Assembly: GCA_010405405.1 (NCBI GenBank)
Contig: MU004231.1
Coordinates: forward strand, 3,404,401 to 3,468,400
From: Microthyrium microscopicum
Lineage: Eukaryota
Direction: 5' to 3'
Length of the DNA stretch: 64,000 nt
Shown: positions 51,130 through 64,000 of the stretch, piece by piece
How the letters are laid out: each line of letters begins with the position of its first letter
Numbering within the stretch: the stretch's first letter is position 1
Notes under the pieces: model-generated
Told to the model about the DNA's origin: nothing
The model's input: the letters and a program-made list of their open reading frames with translations, nothing else
Databases searched by the model: none
Made by a program: the position numbers and the translations under genes

Positions 51130-53299
51130 GTTCGCGAAGATATGTGAAGCAAAAAGAAATGCGCCAGAGAGTGTATGCTAGGATTTGACCATATAATGAA
51201 CGAGACCAGAAACAAATTGTTGATTCTCCTAAAAGAGCGTAGAGGTTGGCGTTGTTGACTTTCGAAAAGCCATCGTTGGCGGCACCGCCCAATGTTATAG
51301 CCTCATCGTTCCATGGCCACAATACAGATTGCCATCTTTGAGAAATTGAGAATGCCATTGAAAGCTAGGAAACCCATGGTTCGACCGTTGCATTGCGATC
51401 GACATTGATCGTGAGACCCACATACTCCACGCAGTTTGTTGGTGTGCTCCTAACCCCTAAAGTGGCTGTTCGTTGACTGCTCTTGCTTCCTTCATATTTT
51501 GTCTTGTCAACTCCAGCTAGGACGACGCGCAATATAATAAGAGTATGTTTTTCCGGCTTTGGGGGAGTGCAACTACAGTTAGAATAGTGTGGACACACTG
51601 AAGCGAGGACCAAGGTGAGAAAGCCACTCAGTTCGCGTCAGTGTTGGAACTCGAGTTAGTATAGTCGAGTACTAGTACTAGTACGGCTAGTATAGAATTA
51701 TTTTAATACTTACTCAACTAGACTAGTCTAATCAAGATCTAGGACTAGTACTAGTACTATACTAGTCTAGAAATATATAATAAATACTCTACTAGTACTT
51801 AAGTACTAGTACTAGTATTACTAGTATACTAGTACTAGTTTTATATATAGATTAGGGTTAATATTATAGGGTTATTTTTATATTATTTAATTTAGAATTT
51901 TATATAGATTACAATAGTGTTATTAGTTTTTTAATAGCTAGTCTTATTCTATAGTTATTATACTTTAAATATAAAGTTATTTAATTATATTATATTTTTA
52001 AAGGTTATTTAGTTATATAGTACTTAATATTATAAATTACTTAATAATATTTTAGATTTAGGGTTCTAGATTTATAATATATACGAAACTATAAAAATTA
52101 GAGCTAAATATACTAATAATTAGTTTAAATACTAATAATTAGAAGTTAAGAGTATAAAACAATTAAGAAAAAGAGATAAATCTTAAAAATTTATATAAAT
52201 AACTTAATAGTAGTAGATTTTAAGATAAATATATAAATTATTATATATTTAGATTTATTAAAGTATAAGGAAAATAGCCCTAGAGTTAGTTTTTTAATAA
52301 GTCGCTTATATACTAATATATAGTAGTATTTAAGAGTTTTTAATAAATATATTAATAAAAGTTTAAGGTTTATATTTTAATACTAAATAAATAAGAAGTA
52401 TTATAAGTTATTAAAGATCTTATATATATATTAGTATTATATATATACTATAATCTAGATTTAAGATTTTATCTAAGCTTAATAAAGATAAAAAATAATA
52501 ATAAAGATAATAATTAATAATAATAATATTCTAAAAAGAAATTATATTTAAGACTTTAAACCTATATTATAGTAAAAACCTTAGTAGTAGATATATATTA
52601 GTCTTAATTATATTATATAAATATACTAAAATAGCTATATAATCTTAAATTTAAGATTATATTTAAGATTTATAAAATAAGAATTTAAAATATATATCTT
52701 TTAAATAATTATTTTATAACTTAAATATAAGTAGCTATATAATAGTAATATATATAAATATATATACTAAAATATTCTAGATTTTACGATCTATCTAATG
52801 CTATAAGTCTTAAAGCTTATTTAAGTCTAGTTTTAATACTATTACTAATAATACTATTTTATTTTTAATAATTATAATTTACTTAATAAGCTAGAATAAA
52901 GGTTTTGTTATAGTATACCTAGAGTAAAAGGTATAACTATTATAATTATCTATATTTTAATTTATTTTATAGTATACTAAATACTAATACTTATATTTAA
53001 GTAATAAAATTCTATATATTCTTAAAATCTTTATTTATTTATATTATATTTAATTCTTTTATTCTACTTTTTATAATATACTATTAACGTCTAATTTCTA
53101 TATAAATTCTAATACTACTAACCTTATATCCTATAAACTACTATTTAACCCTTTATTCTAATTTAAATAATCTACTTTTATTTAATATAAATACTTATTT
53201 TAAGTTAAAATAACATTTTTTTATTTCTTTTATTTAAATATAATCCTAACTTTACTAACGCCTAAATAATAAATATAAATAATTTAACTTCTCTAATAA

Positions 53300-56200
53300 T
53301 TACTTTCCTCCTTACTATTACTATCGCTATTACTACTATCCTCTTCTAGTAAATATAATAAAGACTTTTATAGCTTTTTAATACTAGGCATTTACTAATT
53401 TTTTAACTAAATAATTTATTTAGAAGTTTTAACTAAAAACTTATTTCTATTATTAGAAATAATATTACTACTAATATTAAATATACTTTTAGTACTAACT
53501 AAAGTAGTAAGTATTATTAAGTATTTCTTAGCTAAGTAAAATAAAATAAGAAATTCTATTTATTTTATATTCTAGTATTTTAAAGGAGATATTTTAGGAT
53601 TAATAACGCGTATTTCTCTTAAATAACGAATAAATTCCTCTTCTATAGGAGTATTCTTACTAATTAGAATAAAAAACTTGTTTTATTATTCATTAAGAAT
53701 AATAATAGGAATATTACTATTTTAAGTACCTAAAGAACTAGGATTTAGCTTTCTAAAAGCTATATAATACTTATCTTTAAATAGTTTAGATATATTACTT
53801 AGAATATCGTTATAATAATATAATATACTATAAGGCATATTTTTAAAATGCTTTATTTTATATTTAGGATCTAGAATTAATACTAGAATAAAAGGTTTTA
53901 ACTTTTTTATCTATTCTAGATTATAAATCTTATAAGGATAGTACTCTTCTAGCTTTTTAATACCTACTTTTATAGCTTTAATAAAGTATTTATACTCTAA
54001 ATAATTAGCTAATAAAATAGATCTACATCGTGAAAAAATTATCATTGATTTGAGTTATCTAATAGCACTAATAATACCTATGACTATTATACGTAGTGCC
54101 TTATCTGAGGAGTTAGAAATAACTTTAAAATAACTGCGATAACCTACGATAACCTTAAGATTAATAAAATAGATAAAAGGATTTTAGTAAAGTCGTAAGT
54201 CTAATAACTAATTAACTAATCTAGCTAGGCGCCTAAAGACCTTGCTATAGGCTAAAATATAGGGTTTAGTACCTTTAGTTTAATCTAGAATTAAAACGGT
54301 GGAAGAACCATAGAGTTAGCAAGGATTCTAGAAATAAATAAAAAAAGGAACATTAAAGTCCAAAAAACGTTTTTTGGCTGCAACTAGTAACGACTAGATA
54401 ATAAATTCTAATTTAAATTATAACTTACTTATCTAAACGAGGGCTATCTAATGGTGTACTTTTTATTATTATAGCAATTATATTTAAAAAGTTATTAATA
54501 AAAATCGAAGAATAAAAAATGTATTTATCTTTAAACAATTATAACTTAATCAACTTTTAAGATATAAAAATAATAAAACTATATCTAGATAGAGCTCAAC
54601 AAGCTCTAAATAGTAATATAAAAATTATACCTTAAAGTTGCTTATTTAGGTTCCGATGTCTCCGATAACCACGATGGATTTCAAATAACTATGATAGATT
54701 TTAAATAACTACGATGGATTTTCGATGTATTTAAAATAACTACGATGAGTTTAAAATAACTAGAATAACTCGAATTATTTAGTACTTTATCTAATGCACA
54801 TTCGATGCGCATCTAATATCTTTGAAATAACTAAAATAACCGTTTTACCGTCAGATACGTAGTCCAATTTGCGATGCATGATAATTTTTTCACGATGTAA
54901 TAGATATTAAAAATTTAAGTATCTTTTCTTTTAATTTATTAAATAAAGAATAAATATATAAAAGCGTTTAATTTAATATAGTATAAATTTATCCTTATAA
55001 AGTAACTATAGGTATATTAAAAAACTTAAGAATATCTTTTAAATTCTTTAGTACTAACTAATTAGCTTCGTTAAAAGTAAACTTCTTTTTAAAGTTTTTA
55101 TCCTTAGTATTTATAAAGACATATTTAACGTATAATTTAAGCTTAAAAAGATACTCTAAAGTATAATATATAGAGTTCTATCTAGTATTATTATCTATAG
55201 GTACTTTAGTAATTTATACCTCTTTAGGAATTAATCCTTATTTAAGATAAAGCTTTCTAGATAATTTAAAGTTTTTTTAATATTCTATCTTATATTTAAT
55301 ACCCTTTACTACTCTTTTAAGTCTACCTATAAGACTTTTAGAAGCTATATTATCTAGAATAGCTTCTAGTTTAGCTAGTATAGTATTTATATTAATAAGA
55401 GTAGCTCTTTCTTTAGTAGATTTTATTTCTTTATTATAATTAATTAAAAATACTCTTAAAATAGTTTTAGTAACTAGATTAATTATATATATAATATATT
55501 AAATATTATAAAAATCTATAGTAGAGTCTTATAGTTTTTTTTTAGCTTTTAGCTATTTAATAAGTATAGTATTATTACTAGCGTTATCTTACGAAAAACT
55601 AATAATATTATTAAGACTTAAATTAAAAGACTTAATAATTCTATTAAATATACTATAAAGATAAATACTAATATAATTAGAAGTTAATCTTTTAAATCCT
55701 AATAGCCTATACTATATTTTATAGTCTTTACTAATATAAACTGCTATAATACCTAAAAAGGCATACTAATTAGAACTACTAGTCTAAGCATCTAGCGCAA
55801 TTATAAAATAATTATTTCTAGATACTATAGCTTTTAATTTACGCTTTAGCTTCTCTTTAGCAATATTATAAGTAGAATATAGTAAATTCCTTATATTTTT
55901 ATAGTTAATTATAAGACTATAATAATTATAATACTTTAGTAGTTCTTTAAAAGAATTAGAACTATAAGTATTAAAAGAAAAATTATTTTTAACTATAAAT
56001 TTTACTATTAAGTATATAGCACCTTTATTAATAAATTCCTAATTAGTATTAGCTTTTACTTGTTTATTACTAGTTATAGTTATAGAAAAAGGAGTATTAT
56101 TATTTTTAAATTTAATTCTAGCGCGATATTCCTTAATAGTCTCTTTATTAGTTTTATCGTTCTTATTTAAAGTAACTATTTTATAGGCTACTTTATAGTG

Positions 56201-56500
56201 TTTAATAAAGTTAGATATTTAAAAACCTTCTAATTTAACTATAAGACTATAGAAACAAAGAGTACATCTAACTCTAACTTCTCTATGCTTAGTAATATTA
56301 ATAAGAAGTAGTTCTCTAATAAATAGCTTATTAAAAAGAGTATAAGCTTTAGAATTTCTATTATTTAATTAAAAGTACTATTTATTATACTTATAATAAG
56401 TATAACTAACATTACTAGAGATATTAAACGTACTATCTTTAGGTACTATAGAATTAGCATTTAATACTTAGCTAGCTCCTAGCATATTATTACTATCTAT
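53300..56500 (-). pseudogene. RIP-inactivated hAT transposase (boundaries approximate), split by a MITE
   Basis: Minus strand: BED finger CTLC..SNFIKHY (~56190-56270), ALDA(W)TS (~55785), DNASNN (~55580), (C..H)IINL (~55480), DNNTR(W)NS (~55175), KLEEYY/ILDPKYK (~53860-53960), dimerisation domain LAKKYL.I(PA)T(S)...F...LKN(W) (~53395-53535). Confidence 0.92.
54026..54897. mobile_element. 872-bp MITE or non-autonomous Tc1-mariner-type element nested in the hAT transposase
   Basis: Perfect 20-bp TIR catcgtgaaaaaattatcat at 54026-54045 and 54878-54897; TA flanks at 54024-54025 and 54898-54899; excision restores the hAT frame. Confidence 0.92.
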
Positions 56501-56886
56501 TATTTTAAAGAATAGTAAACTTCTAAAAAAAAGAAATCTATAGAATAATACTTAAAGCTAAATAAGCAAAAGTAAAGAGATAGTTCTTATTATTTATATT
56601 AATAGATAAATAGTATAAAATAACTAATCTTAAATACTAAAACTAAGTATAGCAAAAAATAAATAAGAAAATATTTTTTTTCTTTATTTTAAAGATTTTA
56701 AAGATTTTTAGATATTTTTTTAGATATAAGTAAATCTAATAGTAAAATTACTAAAATAAGAGTAAACTAGATATAAGATAAATAGTTAAAATAAATAAAA
56801 AAATTATAAAGCTATAATTAAAATAAAAGCTTAGAAAAATACTAGAAAAATAATAAATAATCTAAATATTCTAATAGTAGAATTAG

Positions 56887-57177
56887 CTAAATAAACTAAT
56901 ACTAAAGAGTAAGAGTAAATAAAAGCTAAAGGCTATAAAAGCTAATCCTAAGAATAGAATAGTATAGAAATATATTATATAGTAATAACTTTTATATAAA
57001 AAAATACTTAAAAAGTAGTTTTTAACTAGAATTTTTAGTAAAATACTAACTAAATAAACTAATACTAAAGAGCAAAAGTAAATAAAAGCTAAAGGCTATA
57101 AGAGCTAAACCTAAAAAGGGAATAGTATAGAAATATATTATATAGTAATAGCTTTTATATAAAAAAATACTTAAAAA
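56887..57177. repeat. Direct duplication of ~128 bp (period 163) inside the hAT element
   Basis: ctaaataaactaatactaaagag...tatataaaaaaatacttaaaaa at ~56887 and ~57050. Confidence 0.85.
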
Positions 57178-57398
57178 AAAAAGTAAAAAAGTTAAAAAAT
57201 ATAAATACTATATAGTAAGTATAAAAATAAGATTTAGGGTAGTAAAAAAAAGTAGACTAGCTATAAATAATATAGAGAGTAATAGCTATAGATAGTAGTT
57301 TAGCTTATAAAAAAGAGGAAATATCTAAAAAACTAAGAATTCTAAGTAGAATTCGCCTCTATAAGTATATACATAACGCTAAATTAATATATACTAAT

Positions 57399-57782
57399 TA
57401 CTATTATATTTAGTAGGTTTAGAGCTACTAAACGCTATTAAGATTACCTCTTTTAGACTAGTATTACGAAAATTATAAGTAATAATAATAAGGAGTAATA
57501 TTAAAACTATAAAATAGTCTATTATAATAGAGTAAACGTATAGTAGTAAATATGATTTTAAGGGGCTAAACCTTATAAAATAACGCTAAATAGGGGTATA
57601 AATACTAAGAGTTTTAATAGTTAATATATTATTAACCTTTTTAATAATACTATTTATATAGCTTATTTACTTTGTTTTAATATTACTCCTTATTATTATT
57701 ATATATAACTTTCGTAATACTAGCCTAAAATAGGTAATCTTAACAACGTTTAGTAGCTCTAAACCTACTAAATACAATAGTA
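57399..57782. repeat. Long inverted repeat (~109-bp arms, ~166-bp spacer), foldback/MITE-like
   Basis: 57399-57507 is the near reverse complement of 57674-57782 (tttagtaggtttagagctactaaacg...aggagtaatattaaaac). Confidence 0.88.
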
Positions 57783-59342
57783 CTATTTAAGTCTTTATTA
57801 TGAGTCGTTATTATATATATATCCTTTAGTTACCTACAAAGAATTTACTTTTTAATAATCTACTTATTACTTCTACTTTCCTATTAAGGACTATATTTTA
57901 ATAGTATTTAGAAGTAGCCTTAGAAGCTATTTCTACTTATCTTTTACTTTATTTTATGCAATATCTCTTAGTAAGAATTCTTTTTCTTTGTTTTTTTTTT
58001 TTTTTTTTTTTTACTTATTAACTTTCTAGTCTCTATATCTAATCTAGTATACTTTTATACTAGTTTTTAGTACTATTTAAATTAATAAATTCTTCTTTAT
58101 TAAATAGTATAGCTTTTATATTTTTATTAGCCTTATAGCATAAGTTATTTATTACTTTTTAACTTTTTTTTTTTTTACTTATTATTTATTATAGAGACGT
58201 AGTAATTGCTAGATATTTTAAAAGTAAGTTTCCCCTACTCCTTATTATAGCCTTAACTAATTATTATTTTTTATAGAGCTATTTCTTACTGATTCTTATA
58301 TTAAACTATAAAGATTCTTAAATAAATTCTTAGGTTATAAAAACGCCCTTTTATCTAAAAATAAATTAAACTATAATTCTTAGATACTATAATGTAAATA
58401 GGTAAGAAATTAGGAATTTAAATATATTATTTATATTTACTAAGAATATAATCTACGATGTATATATCTTAATTTCTTACTCCTTTTAGAAGAAAGAAAC
58501 GTTAAATCTTTTATAGTTTATTTCGTCTTAGAAATTAAGTAAGTTAATTATAAAGCTATATTCTTATATAATAGTAAGGAAACTACTATTCCTATTACTT
58601 ATAAGCTTATTGCTATCTAGTCTTCTTGTAATTCTAAAATAGAATTATCTTTACCTAAATTGGTAATTAACTAAAAAGGTCTTAAAGCTAATTAGTTAGA
58701 AGCTACTTTTAAACTAGATCCTATAACACTTAAGTAAGCCCTTTATACTTCTTTTTATTTAAATTATATACTAACTCTTTATAGTAGTAAAGATTATATA
58801 TAAAAAGTATATAAATCTAACCTAAAATAGAATTCTAAGCTAAATACTTTTTACGCTATAGAACGTTAAATTAAGTATTAAAAGCTACTAGATAACTATG
58901 CCTTAGCAAAGAAGGAATGAGTAGCTAAATAGAAGCTAAAGTATCTTCTTTAAAAAGTTAGTAATATTACTTTTATTTATTTTATTTTACTAATTTTTAA
59001 TAGAAACTAAAGCTTAAAAAAGCTATAGATTTATAAGAATCTAGCCCTATCCCTAGTGCTACTTCTAATTCTATATATATAAATAACGCTAGTGTTAATA
59101 CTTCTAATCTAGATATAGATTATGACCTAGATTATTTCTTTTAGTTAGATTTCTATATTTTTTTATTAAAGTTAGGATTTCCTTACAAAATTACTTATAT
59201 AATTAAAAAAATATATCTACTATCTTCTAGAGCTAAATTTTCTTATTTAAACGCTATATTTATTATATCTTAATTCTTAGTATTACCTATAGTATTTAAT
59301 AAATAAGTTTTTTTAAAATTAATAATAAATATAAAAAATAAG

Positions 59343-59608
59343 AAGTAAATAAGAAAAACTACTATTACTACCTTCTAGAGCTAGTAATAAGGATTATAAT
59401 AATATATAGAACTTATACTAAATATAACTAATAGCTATTATAACTTTATATTTAAAGGTTTTAATTAGAATATAAAAGTAAATAAGAAAAACTATTACTA
59501 CTACTTTCTAGAGCTAGTAATAAGGATTATAAATATATATAGAACTTATACTAAATATAGCTAATAGCTATTATAACTTTATATTTAAAGGTTTTAATTA
59601 GAATATAA
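59343..59608. repeat. ~133-bp tandem repeat, 2 copies running into the assembly gap
   Basis: aagtaaataagaaaaacta...ttaattagaatataa at 59343 and 59476. Confidence 0.88.
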
Positions 59609-60528
59609 NNNNNNNNNNNNNNNNNNNNNNNNNNNNNNNNNNNNNNNNNNNNNNNNNNNNNNNNNNNNNNNNNNNNNNNNNNNNNNNNNNNNNNNNNNNN
59701 NNNNNNNNNNNNNNNNNNNNNNNNNNNNNNNNNNNNNNNNNNNNNNNNNNNNNNNNNNNNNNNNNNNNNNNNNNNNNNNNNNNNNNNNNNNNNNNNNNNN
59801 NNNNNNNNNNNNNNNNNNNNNNNNNNNNNNNNNNNNNNNNNNNNNNNNNNNNNNNNNNNNNNNNNNNNNNNNNNNNNNNNNNNNNNNNNNNNNNNNNNNN
59901 NNNNNNNNNNNNNNNNNNNNNNNNNNNNNNNNNNNNNNNNNNNNNNNNNNNNNNNNNNNNNNNNNNNNNNNNNNNNNNNNNNNNNNNNNNNNNNNNNNNN
60001 NNNNNNNNNNNNNNNNNNNNNNNNNNNNNNNNNNNNNNNNNNNNNNNNNNNNNNNNNNNNNNNNNNNNNNNNNNNNNNNNNNNNNNNNNNNNNNNNNNNN
60101 NNNNNNNNNNNNNNNNNNNNNNNNNNNNNNNNNNNNNNNNNNNNNNNNNNNNNNNNNNNNNNNNNNNNNNNNNNNNNNNNNNNNNNNNNNNNNNNNNNNN
60201 NNNNNNNNNNNNNNNNNNNNNNNNNNNNNNNNNNNNNNNNNNNNNNNNNNNNNNNNNNNNNNNNNNNNNNNNNNNNNNNNNNNNNNNNNNNNNNNNNNNN
60301 NNNNNNNNNNNNNNNNNNNNNNNNNNNNNNNNNNNNNNNNNNNNNNNNNNNNNNNNNNNNNNNNNNNNNNNNNNNNNNNNNNNNNNNNNNNNNNNNNNNN
60401 NNNNNNNNNNNNNNNNNNNNNNNNNNNNNNNNNNNNNNNNNNNNNNNNNNNNNNNNNNNNNNNNNNNNNNNNNNNNNNNNNNNNNNNNNNNNNNNNNNNN
60501 NNNNNNNNNNNNNNNNNNNNNNNNNNNN
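59609..60528. other. Assembly gap (920 N)
   Basis: Run of N. Confidence 1.
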
Positions 60529-61380
60529 CTTTATAACTTTATAACTAATAGAGCTATACTAAATCTAAGACTAGATCTAGATTCCTTAAATTTAGAGCTA
60601 TAAAAAAGTATATTATATAAGTTTAATATTACATAACTAGTATCTTAGCAAGTACTCTAGTATACTCTAATATTACTATACTAAACTTAAGTATTAATTA
60701 ATTACTACTAGTACTAACTCGTTCTAAAAAAATTCAATACTAGTACTAGTACTAGACTAGTTAGATTATTTAAAATACTAGACTACTAGTACTTGAGTAC
60801 TAGTATACTATACTAGACTAGTTTTAGTACTAACTCGAGTGCCAACACTGGTTCGCGTTCAAGGAAGATCGAAGATCTGAAGTTGTGCAGACGCTAAACA
60901 AGCCACAAAAAGGATCCGCTCAAGGGGGCACTTGTGGGCTTCCAAACATAGCAGCCATGGTGATATAAAAGCACCCAATCAGCATGAGGATAGAGACCCA
61001 ATATATAGCATTTTGGCGAATTGACAACTAAGTAGACACTCCTTACCCTCTGCCAGCCTTACTTTGATAAGTGGATCGACTCCCAACTTGAATCATCGTT
61101 GGCATGTAGATATTTACATCATTGCAGGCTGAAGGAAAGGAAAAGGTATCGTTAGTTCGCACAACACAGACACAATTGTACTTATGGGCAGGCATAAAAA
61201 GACGCCGAGGTTGAACCTGTATGAACGAGGCGCGTATCGACACACTGGTCGATAGACTCCTGCTCTTCTGGCTAGGCGGTCAGGCCATAATGCCAGGTCA
61301 AGCTGGCGGAGTATGGGCTGGGTGTGGTCGACTATTAACGAAGTCGACAGAATATTGATTGAGTTGTACGTAAGCCCAAA

Positions 61381-62512
61381 TTAACCCATGAGTTGCAAAT
61401 GATCATCAGGTGGCCATCTAGTCTGCGCGAAACTCAGGCAACGTTTTATGCTTTGGAGGTATTTCCGCGTGGTTTCATCACTCATAATGTGTGCGGTTTT
61501 GTCGCTCTCGTGGAGCTTTTCTCGAGCTGAACGTTCGTGAATACCAACCATGGTAACGCCTATTGGCCATGCACTGCAACAAATGTTAGTATGTTTACTC
61601 AGAATAGCTACTTGTGGGGATAACATACGCTTTGCCAATGCTGAGTCTGAGATATCCATCATTTGCATCGACGTATCGTCTCTCTTGTGCGGCATGAACG
61701 ATCTCAACTACGGGATCGAGCACAGAGTCGTCTATATCTCCCTTCTCCAACTTTTTGAAGAAAGGCCGCAGGTGTTCTCGCGCTTGTATCATGGAGTTGA
61801 GAGCGGCTTTGCCTTGATAGCTGTCTTTGACCTCAGGATCTCGTTCTGCTAGAGCTGTGCCCCATTCTTCCAATACCATGGTGAAATATGATGCGAGTTG
61901 ACGGAAGAGGAACTTCTTGTCTGTCTCAGACTTTGGTGCTTTCGCAGGTACCTTCATCTCTGCTTCTTGTACAAGCTCAAGATATGTCGGTATTGGACCC
62001 GTGGTCAGCACAGGCTGGGCAGACATTTGACCAGTTAACTGCCGCCATCGTTGTATTCGTTGTGTCTGAGTCTCCCCGAATAATCGGATGGGTTCGTGAA
62101 GCTTTCTCAGATCGTCCACCAGTATGTTCTCATCAACGTCCTCTTCGGCGCCTGACTCATCATCGTTCTTAGGCTGCTCCTTTGGCAGATCAGGTAGACC
62201 TAATCTCTTGCGCCGTGCGCGCTCTTCTTGTTCCTGTTCCTGTTCTCTTATCACTTTGCTCTCCTCCGCCAGACGCCGTTTCTTTTCTTCTCGTTCTAGT
62301 TTGCGCTCGGCTTCGTCTTCTTCGGCTTTCCGTTTTCGGTCGAGCTTTTCGCGGCGCTGTTTCTCTATCGAGTCTTGACTGGCGCGATAGGCAGCTTCTC
62401 GTTGAGCTTCAATCTCGGCGCGTTTGAGAAATTTCTTGTCTCTGGGTTCTGATTTGGAGGGAGTTTTGCTGGAGGCAGCAATTTGCGATTTCATTAGAGA
62501 CGCAAAGTCCAT
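61381..62512 (-). CDS. PRP18: Pre-mRNA splicing factor 18 (2 exons)
   Basis: MDFASLM start; LRKLHEPIRLFGET; YVDANDGYLRLSIGKA|AWPIGVTMVGIHERSAREK; intron 61574-61628. Confidence 0.95.
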
Positions 62513-62889
62513 GGCTGTGGTTGTGGATCGATCCAGTATGATTCTTCCCGGCTTCCGATGATGCCTGATTTTCTGAAAGTCAGTATCGAGGTTTTGAGAG
62601 CAGTTCTGAGTCGATGAAGTTGTTGACAAGACCTTCCGAAGAAGTTGTTGGTTGAACAAGTGAGAGGGGCGAGATGCTGGTTGAGGTCGCAGTTTGAGCC
62701 AAAGCTCCTTGATGCTTGGGTGCGCACTTTTCGTCAACCACCAAGTTCACTGGCTCTAACTTTACAAATTCTACTCCGTACTAATATCACCTTCATCCCG
62801 CCCCTTGAAAAACGTTTAGTCAAGTCTTGCTGAATCCTCTCATTTGACTCATTGCTTTGCCTCTCCATCTACTACGCGTCGACATCATA

Positions 62890-63654
62890 ATGGCAGAGCT
62901 ACCACCCATCGACCGCCAAACAACAACTCCATTTCTCTTGCGACTCTTCTATCGAAATGGCTCCTTTCATCGGTAAGTATTCAAACCTGTCCTTACGTTG
63001 ATGTATAACGTATTACCTGACCACAGTAAGCTAATACAATTCTTCAGTCCCGACGAATTCGCCCCAAACTCATCTCTTCCTCAACACGTCCAAATATACA
63101 CATGGCCAACCTGCAGCCTCAAAGAGCTTACTCAACTGCTGACTACAGCCATTCCGAGTACCCTTCCTTCGCCCTCAGTCGGCACGCGACTCTGTTTTCG
63201 CCTCATGTACCCCAATACACACTCTGTCGGCCAAGGCGCAGGCCGATATCTCATAAAGGAAGTAGGCACTGTCGTCATAGGATCTGAGGACGCGCAGGAA
63301 GACGCGCCCATTGCAGAAAGACTAGAAGGGGATCCAGAGAAGACATTGCGGGATGTGCGCTTTGTCATTGGCGACTACGTGTCGTGTGCTATTTTGCCGC
63401 CTCTCCCTAATGGTGATGTCGCGCCAATACCTGCTCGCGGACCTGGGCCAAGACCTCCTCCGACTGTTCCTCGTGGCGAGAATGGTTTTGGCGGTGGATA
63501 TGGCGGTGGTGGTCGTCGAGGAAGCGGTCGCTTTGATGGCGGGCGTGTTCCGCAAGGAGAATGGAGACGAGGAGACGTGCCACCTCCTTCCATGGGCGGA
63601 TATGGCGATAGGGGAGGGGGTGGCAGAGGACGAGGACGAGGAAGAGGCTGGTGA
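62890..63654 (+). CDS. SAP18: Sin3-associated protein 18 with RGG tail (2 exons)
   Basis: IDRQTTTPFLLRLFY..G.FHR|PDEF, QIYTW..CSLKEL, KTL.D.RFVIGDY; intron 62973-63047. Confidence 0.92.
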
Positions 63655-64000
63655 GCTGCCGGTGAACATGATGACTTTGTCTAACCTGCGCGATGCCATG
63701 CGAACGTCGCTAGCTCAACAAGCATCATCTCCATCAGGTCTTGATCGAGAACTGGCTAATGCCTACAACATCCTGAGTCAGGTAAGATGAGCAAAATGCT
63801 TTATTTGGCTGGCTCATTGGTTTCTTCAGATAATAATATGACGACTGAATTCAACAAAGATACGGCGGCTTTAGAAACCATGTCAATCGAGAAGCTTACC
63901 CTTTCCAGGACATCACAAAGTCCAGGACAGATATCTGGAGTCCAGCGTACTAGCGTGTTCGTCTTATGCATTGAGCGAATGCGGGTGGGCAGCCCGGCCT

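Larger units (their letters stand above)
51639..60850 (-). mobile_element. RIP-degraded hAT-superfamily DNA transposon (9212 bp including N gap)
   Basis: 23-bp TIRs cagtgttgg(a/c)actcgagttagta at 51639-51661 and 60828-60850; perfect 8-bp TSD gttcgcgt at 51631-51638 and 60851-60858; tactagta-rich subterminal arrays at both ends. Confidence 0.95.

Noticed and set aside
62973..63047. Stwintron or alternative acceptor in the SAP18 intron (ctgac..cag|taagc)
   Set aside because: The external intron would be only 22 nt and the branch-to-AG spacing is too short

Overview
Genomic DNA of a filamentous ascomycete (Pezizomycotina-type GT-AG introns with CTRAC/CTAAT branch sites). About 20 genes lie between two sharply bounded AT-rich blocks degraded by RIP (repeat-induced point mutation). 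Both blocks resolve as complete DNA transposons. The first is a 7.66-kb Pogo/Tc1-mariner-type element (6223-13882; 43-bp terminal inverted repeats [TIRs], TA target-site duplication [TSD], decayed DDE_1 transposase, tandem arrays). The second is a 9.2-kb hAT element (51639-60850; 23-bp TIRs, 8-bp TSD, 920-N gap) whose transposase is split by a nested 872-bp MITE. Recognisable genes: HET-domain protein, a spliced DUF6590 gene abutting the Pogo end, SLC1, CDC27/bimA, dephospho-CoA kinase, CFIm25, an atypical Rho GTPase, STEEP1/CXorf56, HNT2/FHIT, bZIP and Zn2Cys6 transcription factors, a Cys-rich GPI protein, GH2, an esterase, a GMC oxidoreductase, PRP18 and SAP18. The most interesting signal is a tandem pair of intact, non-RIPed, intron-containing paralogs (23046-23989, 25030-25957) that resemble Ty1/Copia Gag without LTR or pol, i.e. 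candidate domesticated gag genes. A strongly base-paired intron in HNT2 is also notable. All family calls come from motif recognition by eye, not from database searches.
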